Origin: Synechococcus sp.
GTDB lineage: Bacteria; Cyanobacteriota; Cyanobacteriia; Thermostichales; PCC-7336
Assembly: GCA_051439605.1 (NCBI GenBank)
Contig: JBFRWN010000013.1
Coordinates: forward strand, 62,123 to 126,122
DNA length: 64,000 bases
Reading direction: 5' to 3'
Shown: piece by piece, positions 39,501-48,694 of the stretch
Layout: each line of letters opens with the position of its first letter
How positions within the stretch are numbered: position 1 is the first letter of the stretch
Position numbers and translations under genes: made by a program
The notes under the pieces: model-generated
Database searches by the model: none
Seen by the model: only the letters and a program-made list of their open reading frames with translations
What the model was told of the DNA's origin: nothing

Positions 39501-40090
39501 GCCTCGACTCCTGGGCCCTCCGCACCGCTTGCTTTCAGCTAGCTAGATGGCAGTCTGAATTTCCCGAACTTTCACATTTGACGGTCAGCGTCAATCTTTC
39601 AGCCCAAGACCTATGCGAACCCAACCTGCTGTCAGACATCGATCGGATGCTCGAACTATCTGGTTTAGAGGGTAGCTGTCTGACAATAGAAATCACCGAA
39701 AGTATGTTGATCGACAATATTGATTCGACCATTTCTTTGCTAAGAGAAATACAGGATCGGAGCATCAAAATCAGCATTGATGATTTTGGTACAGGATATT
39801 CATCGTTAAGTTACTTGCACCGCTTACCCATCAATAGCCTCAAAGTCGATCGCTCGTTTGTGAACCAGATTGAAGCGGGCCAAAGCAATCATCAAATTGC
39901 TGAAATAATTATTGCGCTGGGTAACCAATTAAACCTCAATACAATTGCTGAAGGAATAGAAACTCCGAAACAGCTGGAGTTATTGAAAGATTTGGGATAC
40001 GAGTTTGGCCAAGGGTATCTGTTTTCAAAGCCCGTTTGTGACCGAGCGGCAGAAGCATTCCTGCAGAGTAAATGCCTGCATGCCGCTTAA
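36584..40090 (+). CDS. PAS/GAF sensor diguanylate cyclase/phosphodiesterase
   Basis: GAF domain, several PAS/PAC domains (HPED/HPDD), intact GGDEF, EAL and DDFGTGYSS. Confidence 0.93.
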   Translation: MANSSYMDKPQLYYPEQSSYEEASTCAHSSLNYLQGNRREKTSSSNLILHSLPDTTITFANQLFCSVLDAYSDVIGQRWIHLLSFDESLDDVERKIASLTPDYPVFEINTEYNIATTNDFSPYNNLTSQPIGSIQWIHLGIFDERGQLTQIQSVGKDITQLEQQYLREQALNRVFQDIHESLDLDTIFATATAETARLLNNLDCFVVQYLPEEGVWRHVAEFRNNPDSPTTIGFEVTDRGNPYAESLKQRQVVRVEDTALLEDDINRDVAETLPGAWLLIPLAIEGNLWGSFVISSHCPFVWFDESVELARSVANQLEIAIHQANLFQQVQQELLERRRVETALRESEARFQNMAANVPGAIFRYLLHPDGSDRVLYMSPGCYKIWEVAAQEVTKDARVLWEMIHPEDLSGMQASVAESADTLKPWSWAWRITTPSGKVKWLEAAGKPTLQPNGDLIWDSLILDVTDRKRAEETSREQQAQLDLVVQASNIGFYISDLRTQTSYVSPAYKAQLGYPPDAPEACPADWKERLHPDDRERTIAAYRAFMNRKAPYNMDFRLRHRDGSYRWIYSDAQSICDRSGDPVKVVGIHLDITERKQAEKAIQESEARYRLLANNMKDLVCLQEVNGHYLYVSPSCETLLGYRSEEMVGQDSYTFIHPDDRARVAREHRSVQSRQSERLNPITYRVHQKSGDYIWFESLIKPILDDNGRIIRIQTTSRDVTERIKSHDRLKYDALHDALTGLPNRHLLMKRLELAIHHAKRLENYHFAVLFLDLDRFKVINDSLGHLVGDRLLIAIARKLETCLQKSDLAARLGGDEFVILLEDIKDNKQAIRSIERIFSTLNSPMMLEEREVYMSPSIGVVFDTEDYVHPSQLLRDADIAMYRAKSQGRARYEIFNAEMHTQALERLNVENDLRRAIEAQEFTLHYQPIVELATGNLVGFEALIRWQTPTHGLKPPGEFIPVAEETGIIACLDSWALRTACFQLARWQSEFPELSHLTVSVNLSAQDLCEPNLLSDIDRMLELSGLEGSCLTIEITESMLIDNIDSTISLLREIQDRSIKISIDDFGTGYSSLSYLHRLPINSLKVDRSFVNQIEAGQSNHQIAEIIIALGNQLNLNTIAEGIETPKQLELLKDLGYEFGQGYLFSKPVCDRAAEAFLQSKCLHAA

Positions 40091-40244
40091 GTCTTTCCAT
40101 ATAGCCTCTAACATTTTAGTTGGGACATCAATCTCTAAGCCCCGCCATGGATTGGGATAGCTAAAATGCCCTAAGCGACTTGACAGTCGCTATAGAACAG
40201 AGAGAAGTGGCACACTAGAGTCATCTTGGCACTGGAGACTGACT

Positions 40245-40898
40245 ATGGCGATCGCCACAATTGCCGTGATCGATTACGAGATGGGCAACTTGCACTCTGC
40301 TTGCAAAGGGTTAGAGCAAGTCGGTGCAGATGTGACGATCCTGCAACATCCCAACCACCTAGAACGGTACGATGGTTTGTTGCTACCAGGTGTGGGGTCA
40401 TTTGACCCGGCGATCGAGAGTTTGCGCAAACATGGATTCGAAGAGCCAATAAAAGCAGCGATCGCTCGTAACCAGCCTCTGATGGGGGTTTGCCTCGGGA
40501 TGCAGTTAATGTTTGAAGGCAGCAGTGAAGGGCAAGAACCCGGGCTGGGACTAGTTCCCGGTACAGTTCAGCGCTTTACCCCCGAACCGGATATCACCAT
40601 TCCCCATATGGGTTGGAACCGGTTGGCCTTCACCCAACCAGAGGCCGCGCTATGGCAAGGACTGGAAGGTTCCCCTTGGGCCTATTTCGTCCACTCCTAC
40701 TACTGCGCCCCCAGCGATACCAGTTGGACAGCTGCCACCGTCACCCACGGCAAACAGACGGTAACCGCTGCGATCGCGAAAGGGACCGTGATGGCTACCC
40801 AATTCCACCCCGAAAAATCTTCGAATGCCGGGTTGCACATGCTAGAGAATTACGTCCGCTTTGTGGCTAAGACAGTGAAGCAGCCAGCGGCGGTCTAG
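40245..40898 (+). CDS. hisH: Imidazole glycerol phosphate synthase glutaminase subunit
   Basis: LPGVGSF, GVCLGMQ, PHMGWN, YFVHSY, QFHPEKS. Confidence 0.97.
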   Translation: MAIATIAVIDYEMGNLHSACKGLEQVGADVTILQHPNHLERYDGLLLPGVGSFDPAIESLRKHGFEEPIKAAIARNQPLMGVCLGMQLMFEGSSEGQEPGLGLVPGTVQRFTPEPDITIPHMGWNRLAFTQPEAALWQGLEGSPWAYFVHSYYCAPSDTSWTAATVTHGKQTVTAAIAKGTVMATQFHPEKSSNAGLHMLENYVRFVAKTVKQPAAV

Positions 40899-40925
40899 CA
40901 CATACGCATAGAGAAGGGTGTCTAG

Positions 40926-41279
40926 CTAATGGGAGCGGTTCGAGTTAGCAGAACTAGCAGAAGTAGGTTGAACGCTGCAGGTGATTTCGTAGTTTTCCAA
41001 CACTGGCTGAGCCGCAAACAGGGGGCTCATCTGTTTCAAAATCGCATCGTGCACTTCCCCTTTGCTGGCATCCATCGCCGCTTGAGTTTCCCAAAAGATG
41101 ACGGACATGCCGCGATCGCTATTGGGTTCCCTCAGTAAATAAGCGCCGTGAAATCCATCGCTGTAGGTGGAAACCGCTTTTTCATAAAGCTGCTGGGCAT
41201 CTTCAAACCGACCTGACTTAAATTCCCCCATGGCTACTGAAGCATAAGGATGGGAGAGGTGATCGTGAAAGTCAAACAT
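40926..41279 (-). CDS. Antibiotic biosynthesis monooxygenase-like (dimeric alpha/beta barrel) protein
   Basis: GFHGAYLL...GMSVIFWET pattern; GGAG Shine-Dalgarno. Confidence 0.75.
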   Translation of the reverse strand: MFDFHDHLSHPYASVAMGEFKSGRFEDAQQLYEKAVSTYSDGFHGAYLLREPNSDRGMSVIFWETQAAMDASKGEVHDAILKQMSPLFAAQPVLENYEITCSVQPTSASSANSNRSH

Positions 41280-41388
41280 CTGTTCTCCTGCGCGTACCGC
41301 GCGATCGCAATGCTGTGATCTGGGATCAATTGTCGCTGAATTGATGTGAGATTCTCTTGAAGATGCGTGAACTGTAACAACCGATAAG

Positions 41389-41419
41389 AAAGCAGCCGCC
41401 CAAAGAAAGGCGACTGCCA
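41389..41419 (-). terminator. Intrinsic terminator after apcE
   Basis: GCAGCCGCC...GGCGACTGC stem with adjacent A tract. Confidence 0.6.
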
Positions 41420-41479
41420 GAGAAACAAATCAACGTGTCCTAAGCTTGCCTAAGTCCGACTACAGATCTTTGTTACACT

Positions 41480-43618
41480 TTAGCGACGAATGAAGCTTTT
41501 CTTTGCAGCAGGCAACGGAGATGCAGTGGGAGATCCCTGAGGCACCATCATGGTAGTGTTTTGAGCGGTAGAGCCCAAGCGCATGTTACGCAAAGCCAAG
41601 CCGCGCGGGGTGACGTAGCGCTCGTAAGGAACGGTATCTTCCCCAAATACCTGCTCGTATTCCTTACTGTCCACAATCGCATCCACAACAGCGTAGAAGC
41701 CATCCTTAGAGGCAATATCAAACAGAGGGTTCATTTCTTCGCGCCCCTTGGTGGGACGACCCAAAAGATGGCGATGCAGGTACTCGATTGCCTTCACTAC
41801 GTACAAGGGCGCCCAGTACTTATCACGGTATAGCTTGGACTTGGCCAACTGACGCACGAACTCGCGGACAGTAATATTGCCATTCTCAAGCTTGTTTTCC
41901 CATGTCTCTAGACGCTGGCCGCTATAAGGTTCAAAGCCATAAACCCGAACGTAGCAGGCGCGCAGGACTTGCTGGGTGGAAGATTCGCTACCGGTTGCCC
42001 CTGCTCTGTTACCAATCGAAATGCTGCGACGGGAGGGAATGTCGCCGAGGCGAATGACAGTGGGCGCCAAGCCGGAGGAACGGAAAGTGGGACCATCAGT
42101 GGCGGCACTTTGGAATTCGGGACGGATACCGCTGGCTACTAAAAGGCGCTGAACGTTCTTGTTGATTAACGCAGGGCGATCGTTGAGGTTGACAGTGTCT
42201 TTGGGGAAGATGGCTCCAAACTGAATTTCCAGACCGTCGTTTCCATTGCCGTAGGCGTGCTGATCGGGCAGAGGGCCTTTGTAGTCAGAGAACAACGTGA
42301 TGAACTGAGGGACTTTACGGCGAGGGGCTGCAAAATTGTAGAGACTGAACTTAGCTCCCCAGTTGGCGCTGGTTTGGGCTTCCACACCCAGCTTGCGCAG
42401 GTAAGGAACCGTCTCTTCTCCGAAGTAGTCCCCGTATTCCGCACTGTCCACCAGTGCATCAACTAAGGAGTTTAGACCTCCCTTGGTGACAATTTCGAAG
42501 TACGCGGAGAACTCTTCGGTGGTCTCGGGGGCACGGCCCAAGAAGTGGCGGAAGGCCAGTTCCACAACGCGACTGTTGACAAAGGGCTCGTAAAATTCCT
42601 TGCGATAGGCGGGAGATTTACCCAGGCGGCGGACAAATTCTTTAACGGAAATCTCACCGTTCTTTACTTTGGACTCAAGATCGCCCACTTTAGTGCCGTA
42701 AGCACGACGGACGTCCCGCTCAAATACCTGGCGGTAGGTAGCCTTAATGACCGACTGCTTTTCCTCTTCAGTCATGCCGGGCTTCATGGTGAACTTCAGT
42801 ACCTGCTCGGCAGCTGCGTTGTATATCTCGGGCAGTTGCAGACCCTGCAGCTTCACGCCAGTGGATGCTTTGCGCTGGCGAATCTGGTTGGAAAGGGTGG
42901 GGGCGTCGAATTCGGTCAAGGCGACGTCAAAATACTGGTCAGATACGGCTTTAGCGTCAGGGGCATCCTTGAACAAATTGCCCGCCGTTTGCTTCATCAC
43001 GCGCAGAGCCACCAGCGTGGATTCGGTGGAGCAAGCCTCCTCAATAATCTCTCGCAGGCTGCGGGTATTATTGGCCAAAATGCTGGGATCGCCCGCCACG
43101 ATTGCATAAGTGATGTATCGCAGGAACCAAGCCATATCCCGCAGGGACTTGGTCATGTTCGAGACGCCGTAGCGGTTGACGTCAATAGGACGGAAACCTG
43201 GGGGGACTTCGACAGCAGTGGCACCAAACAGATCGCGCAGGGCAAAGCCGAATCCACCGCCAGCTTCAACGACAAAGTCAGTTCCCAGCGCGGAGGCTTC
43301 ACCGGTACCGGTCATCACCATGTCGGCGATCGCCTCAGGCTGGCCTGTGTCTTCGGGCTTTTCCAAATACGCCATTGCGGTACCGCCCGTGAAGATACGA
43401 CCGGCAGCACTGCTAACAATATTTTCGTAGTTTTCAGAAATGACTTGGGCAACCTGGAGGCGCAATTGACCGCCACGGTAGAAGTCCGTCAGCCGTTCCA
43501 GTTCAGTTGAATTGGGGAAGCGATCTTGCTGCTCGGCTTGAGTAATAGTTGAAACTGCAACAGTTTGGTAGAGGCGAGGACGAGAGACAACCGTACCTGC
43601 TGACGCATTAATGCCCAT
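41480..43618 (-). CDS. apcE: Phycobilisome core-membrane linker LCM with two REP domains
   Basis: RPRLYQTV, KSLRDMAWFLRY, chromophore Cys in IEEACS; two linker repeats ending FGEETVPY and FGEDTVPY. Confidence 0.97.
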   Translation of the reverse strand: MGINASAGTVVSRPRLYQTVAVSTITQAEQQDRFPNSTELERLTDFYRGGQLRLQVAQVISENYENIVSSAAGRIFTGGTAMAYLEKPEDTGQPEAIADMVMTGTGEASALGTDFVVEAGGGFGFALRDLFGATAVEVPPGFRPIDVNRYGVSNMTKSLRDMAWFLRYITYAIVAGDPSILANNTRSLREIIEEACSTESTLVALRVMKQTAGNLFKDAPDAKAVSDQYFDVALTEFDAPTLSNQIRQRKASTGVKLQGLQLPEIYNAAAEQVLKFTMKPGMTEEEKQSVIKATYRQVFERDVRRAYGTKVGDLESKVKNGEISVKEFVRRLGKSPAYRKEFYEPFVNSRVVELAFRHFLGRAPETTEEFSAYFEIVTKGGLNSLVDALVDSAEYGDYFGEETVPYLRKLGVEAQTSANWGAKFSLYNFAAPRRKVPQFITLFSDYKGPLPDQHAYGNGNDGLEIQFGAIFPKDTVNLNDRPALINKNVQRLLVASGIRPEFQSAATDGPTFRSSGLAPTVIRLGDIPSRRSISIGNRAGATGSESSTQQVLRACYVRVYGFEPYSGQRLETWENKLENGNITVREFVRQLAKSKLYRDKYWAPLYVVKAIEYLHRHLLGRPTKGREEMNPLFDIASKDGFYAVVDAIVDSKEYEQVFGEDTVPYERYVTPRGLALRNMRLGSTAQNTTMMVPQGSPTASPLPAAKKSFIRR

Positions 43619-43868
43619 CGATATGTAAACTCCCTTTTTTATGCCAATGGGGCGCAGCTAGAAGGGGAACCGCCAGCCACACCTGATGATATTTATAAAC
43701 TGCAATTCATTCTACGACCTTGCCCCAGCGGTTTCGGTTTTGCACGGAACCTGCGTCAAGAATAAGATTCTCCGATCGCAAGAGCTGCAAACCACTATGG
43801 ATAAAGACATAGAGAGATGTCCAGACAGGTTCCAGAATACAGGTGCGCTTTCAGCGTCTGGATGCTTT

Positions 43869-43886
43869 GTTGCAAGTTGTTACAAA
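43869..43886. promoter_or_regulatory. HLR1-like (RpaB) direct repeat upstream of apcE
   Basis: GTTGCAAG-TT-GTTACAAA versus (G/T)TTACA(T/A)(T/A)-NN repeat. Confidence 0.4.
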
Positions 43887-44035
43887 CCTGAGGCAACGGT
43901 TGTGAGGGCTGAAGAGTCCTTCAGCTAGACCCCCCAAAAAACTGTTTGCCTGCGGTCTTCCCTGCACGTTCGGTGCTGTCAGCAATCTTATAAATGGGCA
44001 GTTTATAGGGTGATGCCGTATTGAGATACTCAGCG

Positions 44036-44356
44036 ATGGTGCAATCCTTCCCCTTCACTGAACATGAGTCCACTGAGGTTTCATGTACCAGGAATGAATC
44101 CCGCACGTCTATAGGGGCGGGAACCATCGCTAAGCTCACTGTAATCGTTCAGAATCGCACCTATCGCATTACCGGATTGGTTACAGATGGTGCCTTTGGG
44201 GGATGCGGTTTGGTGGTAGTGACTCAAGCCCCTCTGAAAGCCGAACTGTCCTGCAGTTTGATGATGGGCAGAGAGGGGCCGATTGATGCAAGGATTGCTT
44301 GGGCCAGAGTTTTAGACTCTCAGGTTTGGCGGTTGGGACTGCAGTACTTGGACTAA
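44036..44356 (+). CDS. PilZ-like domain protein
   Basis: RNESR and DGAFGGCG motifs; C-terminal LGLQYLD. Confidence 0.7.
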   Translation: MVQSFPFTEHESTEVSCTRNESRTSIGAGTIAKLTVIVQNRTYRITGLVTDGAFGGCGLVVVTQAPLKAELSCSLMMGREGPIDARIAWARVLDSQVWRLGLQYLD

Positions 44357-44505
44357 CTGGCTGTGGATAGGTATCTCATCTGCCCCGTTGAGTTTTTATG
44401 AGTACGATCGCCACCTCCAGATTTCCCCCACTCAACATTTTGCAAAACTCTATTGTTTGTCCGATCGGCTAGCGTAGGGGCAACAGGGTTTTCTGGAGCA
44501 GATTA

Positions 44506-45192
44506 TTGGAGAAGATAGCGCGTGTCTTGCCGTTGTTGTTGGTTGGCTGGATTTGCTGGAGTCAACCAACATTTGCTCAAGAACTCAACCAACTATTAAC
44601 CGTAACCGGCGAAGGATCGGTGGCGGTAGAAACGGCGATCGCCACCATTCGTTTAGGGGTATCGGTGACAGGAGAGTCTGCGACTGAGGTACAGCAGCAG
44701 GTGGCTGAGCAGTCAGATAGTTTGGTGAAGAAGCTGCAGGACTTAGAAGTCAGTAACCTGCAAACGACAGGGATTTCTCTCTATCCGCAATATTCAGAGC
44801 GAGGTGGGCTGCGCATTACTGAGGTGCGCGGCACCAATACAGTGCAGTTTGAGGTACCAGTAGCGGTCGCAGGGGATACCTTAGATAGCGCTGTCATTGC
44901 TGGGGCGTCTCAGATTCAGTCTGTGACGTTTCGACCTACGGATGAGGATGCCGAGGCGGGTCGAAACCAGGCTTTAGCGTTGGCGGTGGAGGATGCGATC
45001 GCCCAGGCGGATGTGGTGTTGGGGTCTCTAGGGTTGGAGCGGCAGACGATTCACTCGATTCAGGTGAACAGCAGTTCCCATACCCCTCCTCCGGTACCCT
45101 ACGAACGCGCAGCAATCAGTGCCGCTTCAACTCCAGTGATTGGCGGAGAACGCACTATTTCTGCAACCGTAACAGTAACTGTGCAGTACTAA
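44506..45192 (+). CDS. SIMPL (DUF541) domain protein
   Basis: Signal peptide, LTVTGEG, LQTTGISLYPQY, TPVIGGE. Confidence 0.9.
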   Translation: MEKIARVLPLLLVGWICWSQPTFAQELNQLLTVTGEGSVAVETAIATIRLGVSVTGESATEVQQQVAEQSDSLVKKLQDLEVSNLQTTGISLYPQYSERGGLRITEVRGTNTVQFEVPVAVAGDTLDSAVIAGASQIQSVTFRPTDEDAEAGRNQALALAVEDAIAQADVVLGSLGLERQTIHSIQVNSSSHTPPPVPYERAAISAASTPVIGGERTISATVTVTVQY

Positions 45193-45319
45193 TTACGGGA
45201 TTCGTACAGGGGATAGGAGCTAGATACCATCCAGAGCAAGGGGGGGAAGATATTGCAGGCATCAAGTCGCTAGCAACGGTACAAAACCCAGCTGTAAGGC
45301 CACTGGTGCCATACTCCGG

Positions 45320-46051
45320 TTATTCTTCGGAAAGATTTTCCAACCCCTCAATAACGTTGATTGAAACAATGCGATCGCCAATGGAAATGGTATCGACCCA
45401 ATCCATCCCTTCCGTGATGTATCCAAATACTGCGTAGCGTCCGTCCAGCTGAGGAACGTCTGATAGGGCGATATAGAACTGAGAAGAGGCGGTATTAAAC
45501 GCAGTCGATCTGGCCATCGCTATGGCTCCACGATGGTGGGGCAGGGCTAGAGCGGGGGACTGGACCACTTCGTTGTAGTGCAGCTTGAATTGGGGGACAT
45601 CCTCAGCGGCTCGTGACTTGGTAGCAATTTCTAGAGGAATTTGACGGGGACGCTGGGTTTGAGGATCCACAAAGCCACCGGTTCCATTCCCCAAAGGGTC
45701 TCCTGCTTGAACGACAAACGGCAGAGGATCTTTCACCACTCGATGAAAGCTGAGGCCATCGTAAAACCCATCTGCTGCCAGCTGAACAAAATTCCCGGCA
45801 GTCAGTGGAGCTGCATTCCCCTCCAATTGCAGGGTTACAGTGCCCAAACCCGAAGCGGTTTGCACTTGCATCTCCAGCGTAGCTGTGCCCCTTAATTTGG
45901 GTCGGTTTTGATAAATGACTGCGATCTGTTCTGGAGAGGATGAGGTGGGAGGTTGTAGGGAACTATTGCAGCCCACTAGTAAGGCTGTTCCGACAATCAG
46001 TCCCAAGAGAGAGAAACGCAGACGGGAAAATAGCAGTATGAGATATTGCAT
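45320..46051 (-). CDS. Cyclophilin-type peptidyl-prolyl isomerase, lipoprotein
   Basis: LLVGC lipobox, FYDGLSFHRV, QAGDP, ASSQFY, LDGRYAVFG. Confidence 0.92.
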   Translation of the reverse strand: MQYLILLFSRLRFSLLGLIVGTALLVGCNSSLQPPTSSSPEQIAVIYQNRPKLRGTATLEMQVQTASGLGTVTLQLEGNAAPLTAGNFVQLAADGFYDGLSFHRVVKDPLPFVVQAGDPLGNGTGGFVDPQTQRPRQIPLEIATKSRAAEDVPQFKLHYNEVVQSPALALPHHRGAIAMARSTAFNTASSQFYIALSDVPQLDGRYAVFGYITEGMDWVDTISIGDRIVSINVIEGLENLSEE

Positions 46052-46250
46052 GAGTGGCAGGGGAAACAACCAACAAGAAAAACAACCAGCAGAGGCATCA
46101 GTTTTTTAGCTGGTGAGGGCAATCAACCAGAGCAGTCCTCCCCCCAGCTGCTGTCATTATTAAAATGCCTATACATAGAAATGGGGTGGACAATTGCCAT
46201 CCCCATACTTTTGTTAGATATTTATTGATTTGTTACAAGCTTAAAGGGAG

Positions 46251-46769
46251 CTAGTTGGTTGTGTTGTCTCCACCATCAGCGGGGAGACTGCCGATAAAGT
46301 CGTTAGGGCTGACCCCCTGTAAAAAGCGACGAAACTCTTCTCGTTCGGCATCGTCAGCATCTTGATCGACTGGAATGGACGCTTCCGCAATCACTTCTTC
46401 CATGGCCCAGATGGGGGCATTGGCCCGCAGAGCAATGGCGATCGCGTCGCTGGGACGAGAGTCTAATGTGTATTCCTCTTCCTCTCCTTCTTTGCTAAGG
46501 GAAATTGTGGCAAAGAACGTGTCGTCTTTGAGGTCGCACACCACAATGCGATCGACGGTGTAGCCCAGTTGCAACCAGGATGCATACATCAAATCGTGGG
46601 TCATGGGCCGAGCTGGCTTTTGTCCATCGAGAGCTTGCATGATGGAATTAGCTTCGGCTTTGCCCACCCAAATGGGTATAGCGCGTCTCTCGCTAAGATC
46701 GCGCAGAATTACGATGGGGACTCGATTGGCAGCATCAATTGCAATTGCCGCAACCTCCATTTCCACCAT
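46251..46769 (-). CDS. Bifunctional nuclease (DUF151) family protein
   Basis: IPIWVG, RPMTHDL, DSRPSDAIAIA; start ATG 46769. Confidence 0.92.
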   Translation of the reverse strand: MVEMEVAAIAIDAANRVPIVILRDLSERRAIPIWVGKAEANSIMQALDGQKPARPMTHDLMYASWLQLGYTVDRIVVCDLKDDTFFATISLSKEGEEEEYTLDSRPSDAIAIALRANAPIWAMEEVIAEASIPVDQDADDAEREEFRRFLQGVSPNDFIGSLPADGGDNTTN

Positions 46770-47190
46770 AAGTCTGACCTCCCGCCGCATGGGTACCCCG
46801 ATCCTATCTGGGGCATATGGCTTTGACAAGCAGGGGATAGTTGCCTGAGTGCAGCTGTAGGTAAAGGATTCAAGTATTTCTTGACGCAAGGAAAATACAC
46901 GATCGCGTTCGATCGTGCTTCGTAGCAAAAATACATGCGATGGAGAATGGAATCCCAGACATACCAGACTTCCATCATCAAGTTAAAATCGGCAGACTTT
47001 TGGGAGAATAGGAGGGGCTTGGGCTGTGATGCAGTTGCTATCTGCGAGGCAGGTAATCTATCGTGTTAGCTCGGGATCGTGGCTTGCACGATGCGGTAAG
47101 CAAAATCAGCTCAGTGACATGGTTCTGGCGACACACAAGTCTGCTCGCTCTAAGTTTTGTTCCAATTTCGCCCTATATCCCTTCTAAAAC

Positions 47191-47862
47191 ATGTTTACAG
47201 GACTCGTCGAAGGAACAGGTCTGCTTGAGCCCCTTAACGAATATCAGGTCAAAATCCGCTGGATCGAAGCCTCTCCCGAGATGCTGAGGGATCTGGTGCT
47301 GGGGGATAGCGTATCTGTGGATGGAGTGTGCCTAACGGTAGCTCGAAATATTCCCGATGGATTTATTGCGGATGTTTCCCCCGAAACCCTAGTCAGATCG
47401 ACGTTGGGCAATCGCACCAATGACTGTCCGGTGAATTTGGAGCGATCGCTCACGGTGGGAGGCAAAATTGGCGGACATTTTGTCACCGGACACATTGATG
47501 GCGTGGGCCAGTTCTGCCAATCAGTAAAATCTGGCGACTCCTGGGAGCTCAGTTTTGCGGCTCCCCCTACGGTGGCTAAATACATCGTTTCGAAAGGCAG
47601 CATTGCCATCAACGGCATCAGCTTGACAGTGGCTGAAATTGAGCTTGATGGACAGGGGTTTAAGGTGGCGGTGATTCCTCATACCTATGAATCCACCAAT
47701 CTTTCGTCACTAAGTTCCGGAGATTTCGTCAATTTGGAGGGGGATATCTTAGGTAAATACGTCGAGCAATTTTTGAGAGGAAAAATGGCAGAAGCAGCCG
47801 AGTCTGCAAGGGAGGAACCGGCTATCGATTTAGATTTTTTGAGCCAGCATGGTTACAAATGA
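47191..47862 (+). CDS. ribE: Riboflavin synthase (alpha chain)
   Basis: MFTGLV, GGHFVTGHID, KGSIAINGISLT. Confidence 0.96.
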   Translation: MFTGLVEGTGLLEPLNEYQVKIRWIEASPEMLRDLVLGDSVSVDGVCLTVARNIPDGFIADVSPETLVRSTLGNRTNDCPVNLERSLTVGGKIGGHFVTGHIDGVGQFCQSVKSGDSWELSFAAPPTVAKYIVSKGSIAINGISLTVAEIELDGQGFKVAVIPHTYESTNLSSLSSGDFVNLEGDILGKYVEQFLRGKMAEAAESAREEPAIDLDFLSQHGYK

Positions 47863-47945
47863 GGAGAAAGTGCGAATTCTTTATTGCCAGTAGAGGGTTC
47901 CAGCACTAGTAGGATGAAAAGTTAATTGGCCGCAAGAGGAACACT

Positions 47946-48638
47946 ATGGCGCTGACGCAGAACGAACTCAAGAAAATGGCAGCTGAAAAGGCTGTAGAAC
48001 GGGTAGAAACAGGGATGGTGGTTGGCCTAGGCACTGGGTCCACTGCTGCCTATGCCGTCAGTGCTATTGGCGAGCGCATGAAGACTGAAGGATTGAAAAT
48101 CATTGGCGTTCCCACTTCAGTGCGCACCTTCGAGCAGGCCACAGAGTTGGGGATTCCGCTGGCGACCTTGGAAGAACAGCCCCAGCTGGACGTGGCGATT
48201 GACGGAGCGGATGAAATTGAGCTCAGCTCTTTGAACCTTATTAAAGGGGCGGGTGGAGCACTGCTGCGTGAAAAGCTGGTGGAGGTCAGTGCCGATAAGC
48301 TGATCATTATTGCAGATTCCACCAAGAAAGTGGACAAGTTGGGCAGCAAGTTTGCCCTTCCAGTTGAGGTCGTGCGATTTGGTTGGAAGAGCACCTTTAG
48401 CCGGTTGGAAGCGCTGGGATGCACCCCCGTGCTGCGCACCGTTGATGGGGGCGATCCCTACATTACCGACGAGAAGCATTACATCCTCGACTGTCAGTTT
48501 GGCCCTATGGACGATCCTGTTACGATCGCCAATGATCTTAAACGCACTGCTGGTGTGGTGGAACACGGCCTATTTATCGACATGGTCTACGAGGCAATTG
48601 TTGCCACCGACAGCGGTATTGAAGTACTGAGCAAGTAG
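47946..48638 (+). CDS. rpiA: Ribose-5-phosphate isomerase A
   Basis: GLGTGST, DGADE, KGAGGALLREK. Confidence 0.97.
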   Translation: MALTQNELKKMAAEKAVERVETGMVVGLGTGSTAAYAVSAIGERMKTEGLKIIGVPTSVRTFEQATELGIPLATLEEQPQLDVAIDGADEIELSSLNLIKGAGGALLREKLVEVSADKLIIIADSTKKVDKLGSKFALPVEVVRFGWKSTFSRLEALGCTPVLRTVDGGDPYITDEKHYILDCQFGPMDDPVTIANDLKRTAGVVEHGLFIDMVYEAIVATDSGIEVLSK

Positions 48639-48694
48639 CCTTCACCGATCGTTCTCCTGAGTTGAACTCCCCCTTTGGCACGACTCCCCCTTCC

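Noticed and set aside
42545..43510. 321-aa plus-strand ORF antisense to apcE
   Set aside because: Shadow ORF from the codon bias of a highly expressed gene; no recognisable motifs
45280..45320. GCTGTAAG...GCCACTG resembling a cobalamin riboswitch fragment
   Set aside because: Other conserved elements are absent and it lies between convergent genes
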